Below are positions 46,953-57,981 of a DNA stretch of 64,000 nt, piece by piece. The position numbers and the translations under genes were made by a program. Each line of letters begins with the position of its first letter. Positions within the stretch are counted from its first letter, which is position 1. The notes under the pieces were generated by a model. The model did no database searches and had not been told where the DNA came from. It saw nothing but the letters and a program-made list of their open reading frames with translations. Source of the DNA: an uncultured Anaerolineales bacterium (GTDB lineage: Bacteria > Chloroflexota > Anaerolineae > UBA7937 > B3-Chlor); NCBI GenBank assembly GCA_964433755.1, contig CAYSSR010000002.1, positions 278,351 to 342,350 on the forward strand. Reading direction: 5' to 3'.

Positions 46953-47912
46953 GTGGAACTGGAACGAGACCTCTGCGTAGACATGCTCAGCACGATGTAC
47001 AAGATCCGCTTCTTCGAAGAGACCGTGGATGATCTCTTCGCGCGCGGGCTGGTCCATGGCACGATGCACCTTTCCATCGGCCAGGAGGCGTCGGCTGTGG
47101 GCAGCGTTTTCGCTTTGGGAACTGAGGACTACATCCTGAGCACTCATCGTGGGCACGGCCATTGTATCGCCAAGGGCGCAGACATCAACCTGATGATGGC
47201 CGAGTTTCAGGGGAAGGAGACCGGCTACTGCCGAGGCAGAGGGGGCTCCATGCACATCGCCGACATGCAGGGCCGGAATCTAGGCGCCAATGGGGTCGTC
47301 GGTGGAGGTATCCCTCTCGCCGTGGGCGTCGGACTCAGCCTCCAGATGCGGGCCACCGGCGAGGTTATCATGTGCTTCTTTGGAGACGGGGCCGCCAACC
47401 AGGGCTCTTTCCACGAGGCGCTGAACATGGCCGCCATCTGGTCCCTCCCTGTGGTCTACATCTGTGAGAACAACCAGTACGGGATGTCGATGTCTACACA
47501 GCGCGCACTCAACATCGACCGTGTCTCCTTGCGGGCAGACAGTTACGGAATGCCGGGGGTGACCGTGGACGGCAACGACGTAGTCGCCGTGTACGACGCA
47601 GCGTCGGAAGCGGTGGAGCGCGCCAGGTCCGCCGGAGGTCCCACTCTCGTCGAGTGCATGACGTACCGTTGGAAGGGGCACTCCAAGAGCGACCAGGAGC
47701 GATACCGTACCAAGGAGGAGATCGCGGCCTGGAAGGAAAAGGACCCCATCAAGAGGTTCCGGGAGTTGCTCGTCAGTAAGGGGACGATCAACGAGGAGGA
47801 AGCGGCAGGGATCGAGGAAGAGGCCAGGCGCACCATCGCGGCAGCGCTGGAGTTCGCGAAATCCAGTCCGGAGCCAGACGTGGACACGATACTCGAAGGG
47901 GTGTACGCCTAG
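46953..47912 (+). CDS. 2-oxoacid (pyruvate/acetoin) dehydrogenase E1 component alpha subunit, TPP-dependent
   Basis: GQEA...G, GDGA.NQG and YR TPP-binding motifs. GTG start. Confidence 0.85.
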   Translation: MELERDLCVDMLSTMYKIRFFEETVDDLFARGLVHGTMHLSIGQEASAVGSVFALGTEDYILSTHRGHGHCIAKGADINLMMAEFQGKETGYCRGRGGSMHIADMQGRNLGANGVVGGGIPLAVGVGLSLQMRATGEVIMCFFGDGAANQGSFHEALNMAAIWSLPVVYICENNQYGMSMSTQRALNIDRVSLRADSYGMPGVTVDGNDVVAVYDAASEAVERARSAGGPTLVECMTYRWKGHSKSDQERYRTKEEIAAWKEKDPIKRFRELLVSKGTINEEEAAGIEEEARRTIAAALEFAKSSPEPDVDTILEGVYA

Positions 47913-48890
47913 ATGAGGGAGTTAACGTATGCAGAGGCCATACGAGAGGCGCTGCGCCAGGAGATGGTCCGTGACGAGTCAGTCTTTCTTATCGGCGAGG
48001 ACATAGGCAGGTACGGAGGTGCCTTTGGCGTATCCTATGGCCTGGTGGACGAATTCGGAGAGGAGCGCGTGCGCGACACCCCCATCTCGGAGGCCGGGAT
48101 CGCCGGCGCAGCCACAGGCGCGGCCCTCACTGGCATGCGACCCATCGCCGAGATCATGTTCATGGATCTCACTACCATCGCCATGGACCAGTTGGTCAAC
48201 CAGGCGGCCAAGCTGCGGTTCATGTTTGGCGGCAAGGCGAAGGTGCCCCTGGTCTTGCGCACGCCCGGCGGTTCTGGCACGGGAGCATCTGCCCACCATT
48301 CCCAGAGCCTCGAGGCCTGGTTCGTCCATGTACCCGGCCTCAAGGTAGTCATGCCCAGCACTCCTTATGATGCCAAGGGGCTCCTCCTCGCTTCGATTCG
48401 CGACGACAATCCGGTCGTCTTCGTCGAGCACAAGCTACTGTACAAGACGAAGGGGCCGGTGCCCGAAGACGACTACACCATTCCCCTGGGAGTCGGGGAC
48501 GTCAAGCGGCCAGGCAGGGACCTCACCATCGTCGCTACTTCCATCATGGTCCCCCGCGCCTTGGAGGCAGCGGAAACCCTCGCCCAGGAAGGGATCGAGA
48601 TGGAGGTAGTGGATCCACGGACTCTCAAGCCACTGGACGACGGGATCATCGTCGAATCGGTGATCAAGACCGGCAGAGTCCTCGTTGCCCACGAAGCCTG
48701 CAAGACGGGAGGCGTGGGAGCGGAGATCGTAGCCCGCATCGCAGAGAGTGAAGCGTTCGACTACCTAGACGCTCCCATCAAGCGGCTTGCCGGCCTGGAC
48801 ATACCGGTGCCTTACAACCGCAACCTCGAGCGGCACATGGTGCCCCAGGTGGAGAACATCGTCGCAGCCGCCAGGGAACTGGTGGGCTGA
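47913..48890 (+). CDS. 2-oxoacid dehydrogenase E1 component beta subunit
   Basis: Transketolase-like pyrimidine-binding and C-terminal domains. Start abuts the alpha-subunit stop. Confidence 0.9.
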   Translation: MRELTYAEAIREALRQEMVRDESVFLIGEDIGRYGGAFGVSYGLVDEFGEERVRDTPISEAGIAGAATGAALTGMRPIAEIMFMDLTTIAMDQLVNQAAKLRFMFGGKAKVPLVLRTPGGSGTGASAHHSQSLEAWFVHVPGLKVVMPSTPYDAKGLLLASIRDDNPVVFVEHKLLYKTKGPVPEDDYTIPLGVGDVKRPGRDLTIVATSIMVPRALEAAETLAQEGIEMEVVDPRTLKPLDDGIIVESVIKTGRVLVAHEACKTGGVGAEIVARIAESEAFDYLDAPIKRLAGLDIPVPYNRNLERHMVPQVENIVAAARELVG

Positions 48891-48952
48891 CCCCGCAGCC
48901 ACGACACATTTCCGCACGTGGCAGTCGCCCGCGCTTTGCCCGGAAGGAATCA

Positions 48953-50422
48953 ATGACAAACAAGACCGTGACTCACGGTTTCGAGCAAGACGCCGAAGCC
49001 TTCCACCAGGAGCTGCACCGGGAATACTACCTGGCGGAGGCCGGACTGAAGGACGAACTAGACATCACACCCATCTACGATCGTTGGGCGCACCTCTTCA
49101 CCGAGGAAGCTGCCAGGCGATGGCTGGGTGCGGCCCACGACCGCGAGGGTAGGTACGTGGCCGAGTGGGTCACCCTTGAATATCTGGAGAACATGGTCAA
49201 GGGGCTGACCGAGCGCGTCAGCAATGCGATGAGGACCGCGACCGTGGAGTGGGACGGCGAGCAGGTGCCCTATCACAACTTGAGGCCGATGATGGGCAAC
49301 GAGACAGACATGACCCGCCGTCATCGACTCGAGGAGCTAGAACGAGGGGTCACGGCCAGCGCCAATGGAGAGCGAGTCGAGCGTCTCAGGACCTTTCACC
49401 AGGCGGCTCTGGATCTGGGGTTCGATAGCTACGTCACCATGTGTGACGATCTGCGTGCGCTACGACTCGACCCTCTCACGGAGCAAATGCAGTTTCTGCT
49501 AGACGAGACGCGGGAGCTGTTCCCGCACATCCTCGAGGAGTACCTTTCAGATATCCACGTGCCCATCGAGGCGGCTAGCACCTGCGACATTCTGGCGCTC
49601 TTCCGCGCCAGGAGATTCGATGCGCTCTTCCCCGAAGAGCAGTTGCTCGCCGCCCTCCACACTACCCTGGCAGGAATGGGCATCGATCTGGCCAAACAGT
49701 CGAACCTGCAATTGGATACCGAAGCTCGGCCCCTCAAGACGCCCCGGGCGTTCTGCGTGCCCATTCGCGTCCCAGAAGAGGTCAAACTGGTGATCAAGCC
49801 TGCGGGCGGTCCAGATGACTACGGGAGCCTCTTCCACGAAGCGGGGCACGCCGAGCACTTCGCCCACGTAGATCCTGGGCAACCGTTTCCTTTCCGCAGG
49901 CTGGGAGACAACTCGGTCACCGAAGGATATGCCTTCCTTTTCGAGTACCTGCTGCTCAGCGATTCGTGGATGGAGCAAGTGCTGGGCATCGACGATGCTC
50001 GGGACTACCTCAGGTTCGCTCGCTTCCAGAAGCTATGGTTTCTGCGACGCTACGGCAGCAAGCTCATCTATGAGCAGGAATTGCACAACGAGGTCGAGGG
50101 AGCGGATCGGAGATACGTGAGCATCCTCACCGACGCGTTGAATGTAACCATTTCCGCCGAGAACTACCTGGCCGACACCGACGACGCGTTCTATTGCGCT
50201 CAGTACCTACGGGCGTGGATCTTCGAGGCGCAGTTGAGACGCTTCCTGGAGGATCGCTTCGGAACTGAGTGGTTCGCCAGCCACGATGCAGGCGACCACC
50301 TCATCTCTCTCTGGAGACGAGGGCAGGAGCTGCCCGTCGAGGAAATGGCTAGAGACATGGGCTACGATGGGTTGGACGCCAGGTACCTCACGCAGGAACT
50401 CATGGACTTGGGGGAGCATTAG
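48953..50422 (+). CDS. HExxH zinc metallopeptidase (M3/M32-like)
   Basis: LFHEAGHAEH motif. Length 489 aa. The family cannot be resolved by eye. Confidence 0.45.
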   Translation: MTNKTVTHGFEQDAEAFHQELHREYYLAEAGLKDELDITPIYDRWAHLFTEEAARRWLGAAHDREGRYVAEWVTLEYLENMVKGLTERVSNAMRTATVEWDGEQVPYHNLRPMMGNETDMTRRHRLEELERGVTASANGERVERLRTFHQAALDLGFDSYVTMCDDLRALRLDPLTEQMQFLLDETRELFPHILEEYLSDIHVPIEAASTCDILALFRARRFDALFPEEQLLAALHTTLAGMGIDLAKQSNLQLDTEARPLKTPRAFCVPIRVPEEVKLVIKPAGGPDDYGSLFHEAGHAEHFAHVDPGQPFPFRRLGDNSVTEGYAFLFEYLLLSDSWMEQVLGIDDARDYLRFARFQKLWFLRRYGSKLIYEQELHNEVEGADRRYVSILTDALNVTISAENYLADTDDAFYCAQYLRAWIFEAQLRRFLEDRFGTEWFASHDAGDHLISLWRRGQELPVEEMARDMGYDGLDARYLTQELMDLGEH

Positions 50423-50473
50423 ACGGCCGGTGGAGCTATGTCGGACCGTGGACAGTGACTCAGAGAGAAGCTA

Positions 50474-51865
50474 GTGAAGATCACCTTCTGGGGTGCAGCC
50501 CGAGCGGTGACGGGCTCTCAGCACCTGATTCAGGCCAACGGTAAACGCGTCCTCCTGGATTGCGGCCTCTTCCAGGGCCATCGTGCTGAGGCCCTCGAAC
50601 GAAACCGCAACCTGCCCTTCGACGCTGCGAGCCTCGACGCCCTCGTCCTCTCGCACGCCCACATAGACCACTGCGGCAACATCCCCACACTGGTCAAGGG
50701 CGGCTTCCAAGGAGACATCCATTGCACGATGGCTACGTCCGACCTGGTCTCCATCATGCTTCGGGACAGCGCCCACATCAACAGCAAGGACGTAGAGTAC
50801 GTCAACAAGAAGCACCGGCGCAAGGGCCTTCCTCTGGTGGAGCCTCTCTACACGATCGAGGAGGCAGAGCAGGCCCTGGATTATCTCGTGGCCCACAAGT
50901 ACAACCGCTGGTTCCCGGTGACCAAGGGTGTGCAGGCCATCCTGCTCGATGCGGGCCACATCCTGGGATCGGCCATCACCGTACTGCGCATCAGCGAGAA
51001 CGGTCAGACGGTGAGGCTAGGCTTCACAGGCGACCTGGGACGCAAGGATCTCCCCATCCTGCGCGACCCCACCGTGGTGCGAGACCTCGATTACCTGATC
51101 ACGGAGAGCACCTACGGGAATCGGCTCCACGAAGACATCAACCGGGTGGAACAAGAGCTCGCCGAGACCGTGACGGAGACCTACTCCCGAGGAGGCAAGC
51201 TCATCATCCCCGCCTTCGCCGTGGAAAGAACCCAGGAAGTGATCTACACCCTGCACCGTCTGCGGTTGGCCGGTAGGATACCACCCCTTCCCGTCTACGT
51301 GGACAGTCCCCTGGCCATCGACGCCACCGAGATCTTCCGCCTCCATCCCGAGTGTTTCGACGAGGAGACGAACGAGTTTCTCCTACGGGAGCAGGACCCG
51401 TTTGGATTCCGAGGGCTGCACTACACCAGAAACGTCGATGAGTCGAAGGCACTCAACGAGATGGATGGCCCCATGATCATCATCTCGGCCTCCGGCATGT
51501 GTGAGGCCGGGAGGATCCTGCATCACCTTAAGAACAACGTCGAGGACTCTCGAAACACCGTGCTCATCGTCAGCTTTCAGGCCGAGCACACTCTGGGGCG
51601 TCGTATCGCGGAGAAGAGGGAGAAGGTCCGCATTTTTGGCGACGAGTACCGGCTTCGGGCGCGGGTGAAGGTCATCGAAGCCTTCAGCGCTCACGCGGAC
51701 CGGGACGAGTTGCTGTGGTGGGTAGGCTTCGCCAAGCCCGGTTTGAAGAAGCTCTTCGTGGTGCACGGAGAGGAGGACGAGTCCCTGGCCCTCGCAGAGG
51801 CCATCGAAGACCGGACGACCCCGGACGTCTTGGTGCCGCGCCGAGGAGACAGGGTCACCCTCTGA
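50474..51865 (+). CDS. MBL-fold beta-CASP family ribonuclease
   Basis: HAHIDHCG (HxHxDH) motif and beta-CASP motifs. GTG start. Confidence 0.8.
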   Translation: MKITFWGAARAVTGSQHLIQANGKRVLLDCGLFQGHRAEALERNRNLPFDAASLDALVLSHAHIDHCGNIPTLVKGGFQGDIHCTMATSDLVSIMLRDSAHINSKDVEYVNKKHRRKGLPLVEPLYTIEEAEQALDYLVAHKYNRWFPVTKGVQAILLDAGHILGSAITVLRISENGQTVRLGFTGDLGRKDLPILRDPTVVRDLDYLITESTYGNRLHEDINRVEQELAETVTETYSRGGKLIIPAFAVERTQEVIYTLHRLRLAGRIPPLPVYVDSPLAIDATEIFRLHPECFDEETNEFLLREQDPFGFRGLHYTRNVDESKALNEMDGPMIIISASGMCEAGRILHHLKNNVEDSRNTVLIVSFQAEHTLGRRIAEKREKVRIFGDEYRLRARVKVIEAFSAHADRDELLWWVGFAKPGLKKLFVVHGEEDESLALAEAIEDRTTPDVLVPRRGDRVTL

Positions 51866-51922
51866 ACATCGCCGCGCCGGGCGGCTCCCCAATCGGGGCG
51901 CTGGAGGTCGCGACCAGCCCCA

Positions 51923-52591
51923 CTAGCCGCTGTGATACCGGATCACGTCACCCACCGGCAGTCTCTCCGGAGCCTCCACCTCGGTGGTCTCGGGCACGCC
52001 CATGGGGATCACCATCACCATCTCCAGATCATCTTCGATGTCCAGCATCTCCCGAAGAGCGTCCTTCACGGCAATAGGACCATCCATGGCACAGGTCCCG
52101 TAGCCCAGAGAGTGGGCCTTGAGGAGCATGTTCTGCACAGCCATAGCCACGCTCTTCTGCACCGTGTCCAAGACGATGGGCTTCACGTCCAGACCCGTCT
52201 CCCCCAGCGCTGTGGTCTTCTCGATGACAGTGCTCATGGGCATCTTGAGCACGGGGTTCTCGTAGGGTTTGGTGCAAGCCACTATCACCAGCGGCGCGTC
52301 GGTGAAGAAGCTGGTGTAGCTGCGCAGAAACCTGCAAAACGCAGCAACCCTCTTCTCGCCCTGCTGGAGGGCTTCCTTGGAAAGCGCCTGGAACTTGTCG
52401 TAGACGACCTTGGCCATCGCGGCAATCGTCTCCCGGTTCTCTACGACGATGAAGCGCCACGGCTGGATGTTGGTGCTGCTCGGTGCCCAACATCCGGCCT
52501 CGATGATGGCTTCGATGTCCTTTCGCGGGATGGGCGCATCCTTGTACTTCCTGATGCTGCGTCGCTGCTTGATGGCTTCATCCAGATCCAT
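51923..52591 (-). CDS. Nitroreductase family protein
   Basis: RRSIRKY...PSSTNIQPWRF pattern. Confidence 0.85.
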   Translation of the reverse strand: MDLDEAIKQRRSIRKYKDAPIPRKDIEAIIEAGCWAPSSTNIQPWRFIVVENRETIAAMAKVVYDKFQALSKEALQQGEKRVAAFCRFLRSYTSFFTDAPLVIVACTKPYENPVLKMPMSTVIEKTTALGETGLDVKPIVLDTVQKSVAMAVQNMLLKAHSLGYGTCAMDGPIAVKDALREMLDIEDDLEMVMVIPMGVPETTEVEAPERLPVGDVIRYHSG

Positions 52592-52659
52592 GGCTCCCTG
52601 CCCTCCTCATTTCTCTGCCCCATACAACACCCTTCACCGTCGGAGGTGACGAGTGTTGC

Positions 52660-53295
52660 CTAGCCAGGCTTCTTCACGGCTACTACGACACCCACTACAC
52701 TCCACTCGTCGACCACCTCTCGACGCTCGACCGAGAACGGTGAATGCGCGAACAGCTCCCGTGCCGCCTCCCAGGTCCGTGGCGAGACGGTGACCCGAAA
52801 GGCCCAGTTGAGAAGCCTGCTCCAGAGGTCCTCTCTCAACAGGCGCCCGCCTTCCACCACGACCAACCGTCCTCCAGGTACGAGCACGCGCGCCATCTCC
52901 TCCTGCGCCACGCGATCCAAGATGAAGTAATCGGGAAAGGTGGCCACCGCGGAGTCGAAAGCCCCATCAGGGAAAGGCAACTCCTGGGCCCGAGCGCGAC
53001 AGATGGGTGCTTCCCTTCCTCGGCGGCGAAACTTGCGAGTGGTGACCCAAACCATGTACGGAGACAGGTCCACGCCGACGCAGTGATAGCCTTCGGTCAC
53101 CAGGTCCCACAACAGATTCCCCGTGCCGAAGGCCACCTCCAGCACCCGGTCGCCTCGCAGCTCCCGCAAGGCTGCCCGTTGCCAGTCATGCCACTTGCCG
53201 CGCGAGACCACGCGGCTCACCAGATCGTAGGTCCAGGCGAACTCGTTGTAGAAATGAAAGAACGCGAACCTGACGAACCTGTACCAGAGAGACAA
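52660..53295 (-). CDS. Class I SAM-dependent methyltransferase
   Basis: VLEVAFGTGN motif I. Confidence 0.75.
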   Translation of the reverse strand: MSLWYRFVRFAFFHFYNEFAWTYDLVSRVVSRGKWHDWQRAALRELRGDRVLEVAFGTGNLLWDLVTEGYHCVGVDLSPYMVWVTTRKFRRRGREAPICRARAQELPFPDGAFDSAVATFPDYFILDRVAQEEMARVLVPGGRLVVVEGGRLLREDLWSRLLNWAFRVTVSPRTWEAARELFAHSPFSVERREVVDEWSVVGVVVAVKKPG

Positions 53296-53424
53296 GAGTC
53301 GAGTCTCCTTCGGGCGCTATTGTACGTGGTTGACTGTACCTGGGCAAACCATGGGCTGGGCGTGGCAGCGCAAACAAACCCGCGCTATAATCGAAACGGA
53401 CATTAGCCAGTTGGAGGTGGCATC

Positions 53425-55071
53425 ATGAGGACAAACGTGCACGCCCCTCGCGGTACGGAACTCACCTGCAAGGGTTGGGGACAGGAAGCAGCGATGCGCA
53501 TGCTGATGAACAACCTGGACCCGGAGGTGGCTGAGAAGCCCGAAGAGCTGATCGTCTACGGTGGAGGCGGGAAGGCAGCCAGGAACTGGGAGGCCTTCGA
53601 AGCCATCGTAGCCACCTTGAAGGAGCTGGAGAACGACGAGACCCTGCTGGTCCAATCGGGCAAGCCGGTGGGCGTCTTCACCACCCACCGCGACGCACCG
53701 CGCGTCCTCCTGGCCAACGCCAACCTCGTACCGGCTTGGGCCAACCAGCCATACTTCGACGAACTGGACGCCCAGGGCCTCATCATGTACGGCCAGATGA
53801 CGGCGGGAAGCTGGATCTACATAGGCACCCAGGGCATCCTTCAGGGGACGTACGAGACCCTGGGAACCCTGGCTCAGAAGCACTTCGGATCGAGCCTGAA
53901 GGGGAAGTTCATCCTCACCGCGGGACTCGGCGGCATGGGCGGCGCCCAGCCGTTAGCCATCACCATGAACGAGGGTGTCGGCCTCATCGTCGAGGTGGAC
54001 CCCGTACGCGCCCAACGTCGCCTGGAGACCGCCTACGTGGATGAGGTGGTGGATGACCTGGAGGAGGCGATGACGCTGGTGGAGGAAGCGCTATCCCAGG
54101 AGATGCCGAAATCCGTCGGCCTCATCGCCAACGCCGCCGACGTCTACCCGGAACTGGTGATTCGAGGCGTGGTGCCCGACGTGGTCACCGACCAGACACC
54201 GGCCCACGATCCCCACAACTACATACCCCAGGGGCTATCGGTCCAGGAGGCGGAGAAGCTGTGGGAGAAGGACCCGGAGGAGTACAAGCGCCGCTCCATC
54301 GAATCCATAGGACGACACGTCAGGGCCATGCTCGATTTCCAGACGAAGGGTTCGGTGGTCTTCGACTACGGCAACAACATCCGCCAGAGGGCCTACGAGG
54401 CGGGAGTCAAGAACGCCTTCGACTTCCCTGGCTTCGTGCCCGCTTACATCAGGCCGCTCTTCTGCGAGGGCAAGGGGCCTTTCCGCTGGGTGGCCCTGTC
54501 TGGTGATCCTGAGGACATCTACAAGACCGACGAAGTGGTGATGAGAGAGTTCTCCTACGACGAGCACCTCGTGCGCTGGATCAAGATGGCCCAGGAGAGG
54601 GTCAAGTTCCAGGGATTGCCATCGCGCATCTGCTGGCTGGGCTACGGCGAGCGGGCCAAGTTCGGGCTCATCATCAACGACATGGTAGGCAGCGGTGAGA
54701 TCTCGGCCCCTATCGTCATCGGTCGGGACCATCTGGACGGCGGCTCGGTAGCCTCACCCTATCGAGAGACCGAGGGGATGAAGGACGGAAGCGACGCAGT
54801 CGCCGACTGGCCGCTGTTGAACGCCCTCCTCAACGCGGTGGGTGGCGCTACCTGGATCTCCATCCACCACGGCGGCGGCGTGGGCATCGGCTACTCCATC
54901 CACGCTGGACAGGTCATCGTCGCGGACGGCACTCCCGAGGCGGCGCGGCGGCTGGAACGTGTGCTGACCACGGACCCCGGGACCGCCATCATGCGCCACG
55001 TGGATGCCGGATACGAAGAGGCCGTAGACGCGGCCAAGCGTCACGGGATCAAGATCCCCATGATGAGGTAG
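53425..55071 (+). CDS. hutU: Urocanate hydratase
   Basis: 548 aa with GGGGK NAD-binding and the conserved HutU blocks. GGAGGTGG ribosome-binding site. Confidence 0.9.
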   Translation: MRTNVHAPRGTELTCKGWGQEAAMRMLMNNLDPEVAEKPEELIVYGGGGKAARNWEAFEAIVATLKELENDETLLVQSGKPVGVFTTHRDAPRVLLANANLVPAWANQPYFDELDAQGLIMYGQMTAGSWIYIGTQGILQGTYETLGTLAQKHFGSSLKGKFILTAGLGGMGGAQPLAITMNEGVGLIVEVDPVRAQRRLETAYVDEVVDDLEEAMTLVEEALSQEMPKSVGLIANAADVYPELVIRGVVPDVVTDQTPAHDPHNYIPQGLSVQEAEKLWEKDPEEYKRRSIESIGRHVRAMLDFQTKGSVVFDYGNNIRQRAYEAGVKNAFDFPGFVPAYIRPLFCEGKGPFRWVALSGDPEDIYKTDEVVMREFSYDEHLVRWIKMAQERVKFQGLPSRICWLGYGERAKFGLIINDMVGSGEISAPIVIGRDHLDGGSVASPYRETEGMKDGSDAVADWPLLNALLNAVGGATWISIHHGGGVGIGYSIHAGQVIVADGTPEAARRLERVLTTDPGTAIMRHVDAGYEEAVDAAKRHGIKIPMMR

Positions 55072-55165
55072 TGGCCGGGCTTCCGCACATTATCCCGCCC
55101 GCTAGGAGATCGAGCTCTCCGTTTGACAATCACTTGAGATTCCGGTAGACTGTAAGTAATACGAT

Positions 55166-55684
55166 ATGACTTTCCAGCAGGGAGATTGTAAGGAGCTGCC
55201 CATGCCTGGGGTGATGCTGGCCAAACTAACCACAAAAGGACAGATGACCATTCCTCAGGACCTTCGGTCCTCGCTGAACCTTGCACCAGGCGACTATGTC
55301 GTCTTGCGCCCAGTCCTGGGCGGCATATTCCTCTCGAAAGCCTCCGTCGAGCCGGAGGTCAGTCCGGATGCCGCTCTCAAGACGTTGGCCTCTGCTCTGC
55401 TTGACACTCGACGGGCGAAAGAACCGGAGGGCTCGACCGGCGGTGGGCCTGCCACGAGCGGCAGCACACGGCCCGATGGGACCAACGAGGAACTGCCGGA
55501 GAGCGCCGGAAGACGAATAGCCGAGTTGACGCTTGCCTATCTGGGACGGGAACCCGAGGAACTGGAGGATGCCGATCAGATAGAGATAGACTCGGACAGG
55601 ATTGCCCAGGCTATTGCGGAGAAGTACGGGACAGACGACATCGTCGAGATCATCGACAGAGTGCGAGGCCGCGGAGGGACCTAG
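55166..55684 (+). CDS. AbrB/MazE/SpoVT-type antitoxin-like protein with long acidic C-terminal tail
   Basis: KGQMTIPQDLRSSLNLAPGDYVVL swapped-hairpin motif. The stop lies 4 nt before the PIN gene. Confidence 0.55.
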   Translation: MTFQQGDCKELPMPGVMLAKLTTKGQMTIPQDLRSSLNLAPGDYVVLRPVLGGIFLSKASVEPEVSPDAALKTLASALLDTRRAKEPEGSTGGGPATSGSTRPDGTNEELPESAGRRIAELTLAYLGREPEELEDADQIEIDSDRIAQAIAEKYGTDDIVEIIDRVRGRGGT

Positions 55685-55687
55685 GAC

Positions 55688-56149
55688 TTGATCGCCGTTG
55701 ACACCGATGTCTTGGCCATCCACTACATCTTCACCCGCGACAAGCGGCAACCCGTTACCACGCGTTTCCTGGAGCGCGCTTCGGAGTCGGGCTACGGCGT
55801 ACCCATCTTCAGCCTCCTGGAACTGTGTGGGCTGATGGTCACCGCGTCCCAGTCGAAGGACGCTATGAAGCTTTTCGATCTGTACCTCGCCTCTCGGCGC
55901 ACAGGCATCCTGTACCCTCCTGTCGCACTACGTTCCGGCGATGATTTCTGGGCCGTGCAGAACGCAGCACTGCTGAATCGCATCCAGCGAGGGATGAGGC
56001 TGGGGGACGCGGCCATCCTGTGGACGGTAGAGGCCACAGGATGTGACACCATCGTGACCTGGAACACCAGACACTACCAGGGCAAGACTCACATCCCCGT
56101 TCAATCTCCTGACGCCTGGCTCGCGGAGACGACTAGCCGTGGAATGTGA
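55688..56149 (+). CDS. PIN-domain (VapC-like) toxin
   Basis: IAVDTDVL N-terminal acidic motif. 153 aa, TTG start. Overlaps hutI by 11 nt. Confidence 0.6.
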   Translation: MIAVDTDVLAIHYIFTRDKRQPVTTRFLERASESGYGVPIFSLLELCGLMVTASQSKDAMKLFDLYLASRRTGILYPPVALRSGDDFWAVQNAALLNRIQRGMRLGDAAILWTVEATGCDTIVTWNTRHYQGKTHIPVQSPDAWLAETTSRGM

Positions 56150-57401
56150 TCTTGTCATCTATGGCGCCGCGCAACTGCTCACTCTAGCCGGACCAGATGG
56201 TCCCAGAAAGGGACCCAGCTTGAAACAACTGGAGTTCATCGAGGACGGTGCCGTGGCCATCCAGGGTGACCGCATCGCCCTGGTGGGAAGAACCGGCGAT
56301 GTCCTGGCCCAGGCCGGAGACACCGCCAGGCTCATAGACGCCTCCGGCAAGGTCATTCTACCCGGCTTCGTGGACCCCCACACCCACCTCGTGTTCGCCG
56401 GGGATCGCGCTGGGGAGTTCGAGAAACGACTCCAGGGCACCCCCTACATGGAGATCCTGGCCGCCGGGGGCGGGATCATGAACACCGTGCGGGCCACCAG
56501 AGAAGCCAGCCTCGAGGATCTAGTAGGTCAGAGCCGCGCAAGACTGGACAGGATGCTGGCCTACGGCACCACCACCGTGGAGGCCAAGACCGGTTACGGC
56601 CTCGACACGGACAACGAGTTGAAGATGCTGGAGGCTATCCGGCTGCTGGATCAGAGCCACCCCGTGGACCTGGTCCCCACCTTCCTTGGAGCACACGCTG
56701 TCCCCGTGGAGTACCAGGGCCGGGCAGACGAATACGTCGACCTCGTGATCGAGGAGATGCTGCCGGCCCTCGAGAGAGAAGGCTATCTGGCGGCGGAGAA
56801 ACCACTTTTCTGCGACGTCTTCTGCGAGGAGGGAGCGTTCTCCGTCGAAGAGAGCCGGCGTATCCTGAAAAGGGCCAAGGATCTGGGCCTGGGCCTGAAG
56901 ATCCACACCGACGAATTCAAGTCTCTGGGCGGAACGACCCTGGCCGTGGAGCTGGGGGCCACCTCCGCCGACCATCTGGCCTGCACGACGGACGAAGAGA
57001 TCGCACTCCTGGCCGGCTCTAACACCATCGGCGTGCTCCTCCCCGGCACCCCCTTTGGCCTGGCTGAGGATCACTACTCCCCCGCTAGAAAGATGATCGA
57101 CGCGGGGGTGGCCGTGGCCCTGGCGACGGATCTCAACCCAGGGACCTGCTACTGCGAATCCATGCCCTTCATCCAGGCTCTCGCCTGCCGGCAGATGGGG
57201 ATGACGCCCACGGAGGCCATCGTGGCCTCCACCATCAACGCCGCCTTCGCCATCGGCCGTGGTCACGAGACGGGAAGCCTGGAGGTGGGCAAGAAGGCGG
57301 ATCTTGTCATCCTGGACGTCGCAGACTATCGCCACCTGGCCTACCGCTTCGGCACCAATCCCGTGCAGGCCGTGATCAAAGCTGGACGCCTGATCCCATG
57401 A
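56139..57401 (+). CDS. hutI: Imidazolonepropionase
   Basis: Amidohydrolase HTHLVFAGDR motif and the HutI pattern. GTG start. Confidence 0.85.
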   Translation: MECDLVIYGAAQLLTLAGPDGPRKGPSLKQLEFIEDGAVAIQGDRIALVGRTGDVLAQAGDTARLIDASGKVILPGFVDPHTHLVFAGDRAGEFEKRLQGTPYMEILAAGGGIMNTVRATREASLEDLVGQSRARLDRMLAYGTTTVEAKTGYGLDTDNELKMLEAIRLLDQSHPVDLVPTFLGAHAVPVEYQGRADEYVDLVIEEMLPALEREGYLAAEKPLFCDVFCEEGAFSVEESRRILKRAKDLGLGLKIHTDEFKSLGGTTLAVELGATSADHLACTTDEEIALLAGSNTIGVLLPGTPFGLAEDHYSPARKMIDAGVAVALATDLNPGTCYCESMPFIQALACRQMGMTPTEAIVASTINAAFAIGRGHETGSLEVGKKADLVILDVADYRHLAYRFGTNPVQAVIKAGRLIP

Positions 57402-57419
57402 GCAGAGGGAGGCACGCAG

Positions 57420-57926
57420 TTGGAGCTCTACGACATCAGTGACGCCGACAAGGTCAAGATGCTACGCAAGCTGGCTCTCTTCTGGGATGGCCAGTGGTTC
57501 CTGCGCAGCGTAGAGAAGTTCAGTCTGGAGGAGGCGGTCGAGCTCAACGCGGCGGTGCGCGAGTCCTTCGGCCGCATCGAGATGCGCACCATACTCAAGG
57601 CCGTGCACAAGAAGGCAGCCGACGACCTCACAGATGCCGTAAGGATGATCGCGACCCACAGCGACCTGCTGCTCGGACCGGGAGTCAGGGCCACCTACGA
57701 GACCGGCGACAACAAAGCGCGCATCATCGTGCGCCGCTGTGCAGCCTTCGAGGGCGCCAAGAGAGCGAACCTGCCCCGGCAAGACCAGTCCTGTGTCGCG
57801 TGTGAAGCTTTGTGGGACGCCTGGTTCAAAGCCCTCTTGCCTGGTGCCGACATCAGTGTCGCGTACCCCCAACGACAGGGCATGGGCGACCCCGTGTGTG
57901 AGTTTCTCGTCGTACAGCACTCATAG
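57420..57926 (+). CDS. Hypothetical Cys-containing protein (168 aa) inside the hut cluster
   Basis: No motif recognised. Cysteines at CAAFEG, CVACEALW and CEF. Confidence 0.4.
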   Translation: MELYDISDADKVKMLRKLALFWDGQWFLRSVEKFSLEEAVELNAAVRESFGRIEMRTILKAVHKKAADDLTDAVRMIATHSDLLLGPGVRATYETGDNKARIIVRRCAAFEGAKRANLPRQDQSCVACEALWDAWFKALLPGADISVAYPQRQGMGDPVCEFLVVQHS

Positions 57927-57929
57927 TCC

Positions 57930-57958
57930 TTGCAATCCTCGCCCCGGTGTGCTATACT
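57930..57958 (+). promoter_or_regulatory. Sigma70-type promoter TTGCAA-17-TATACT (TGC extended -10) for tRNA-His
   Basis: The sequence cTTGCAatcctcgccccggtgTGCTATACTagg lies ~24 nt before the tRNA. Confidence 0.55.
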
Positions 57959-57981
57959 AGGATGTCATCTTTGGACGCTGT

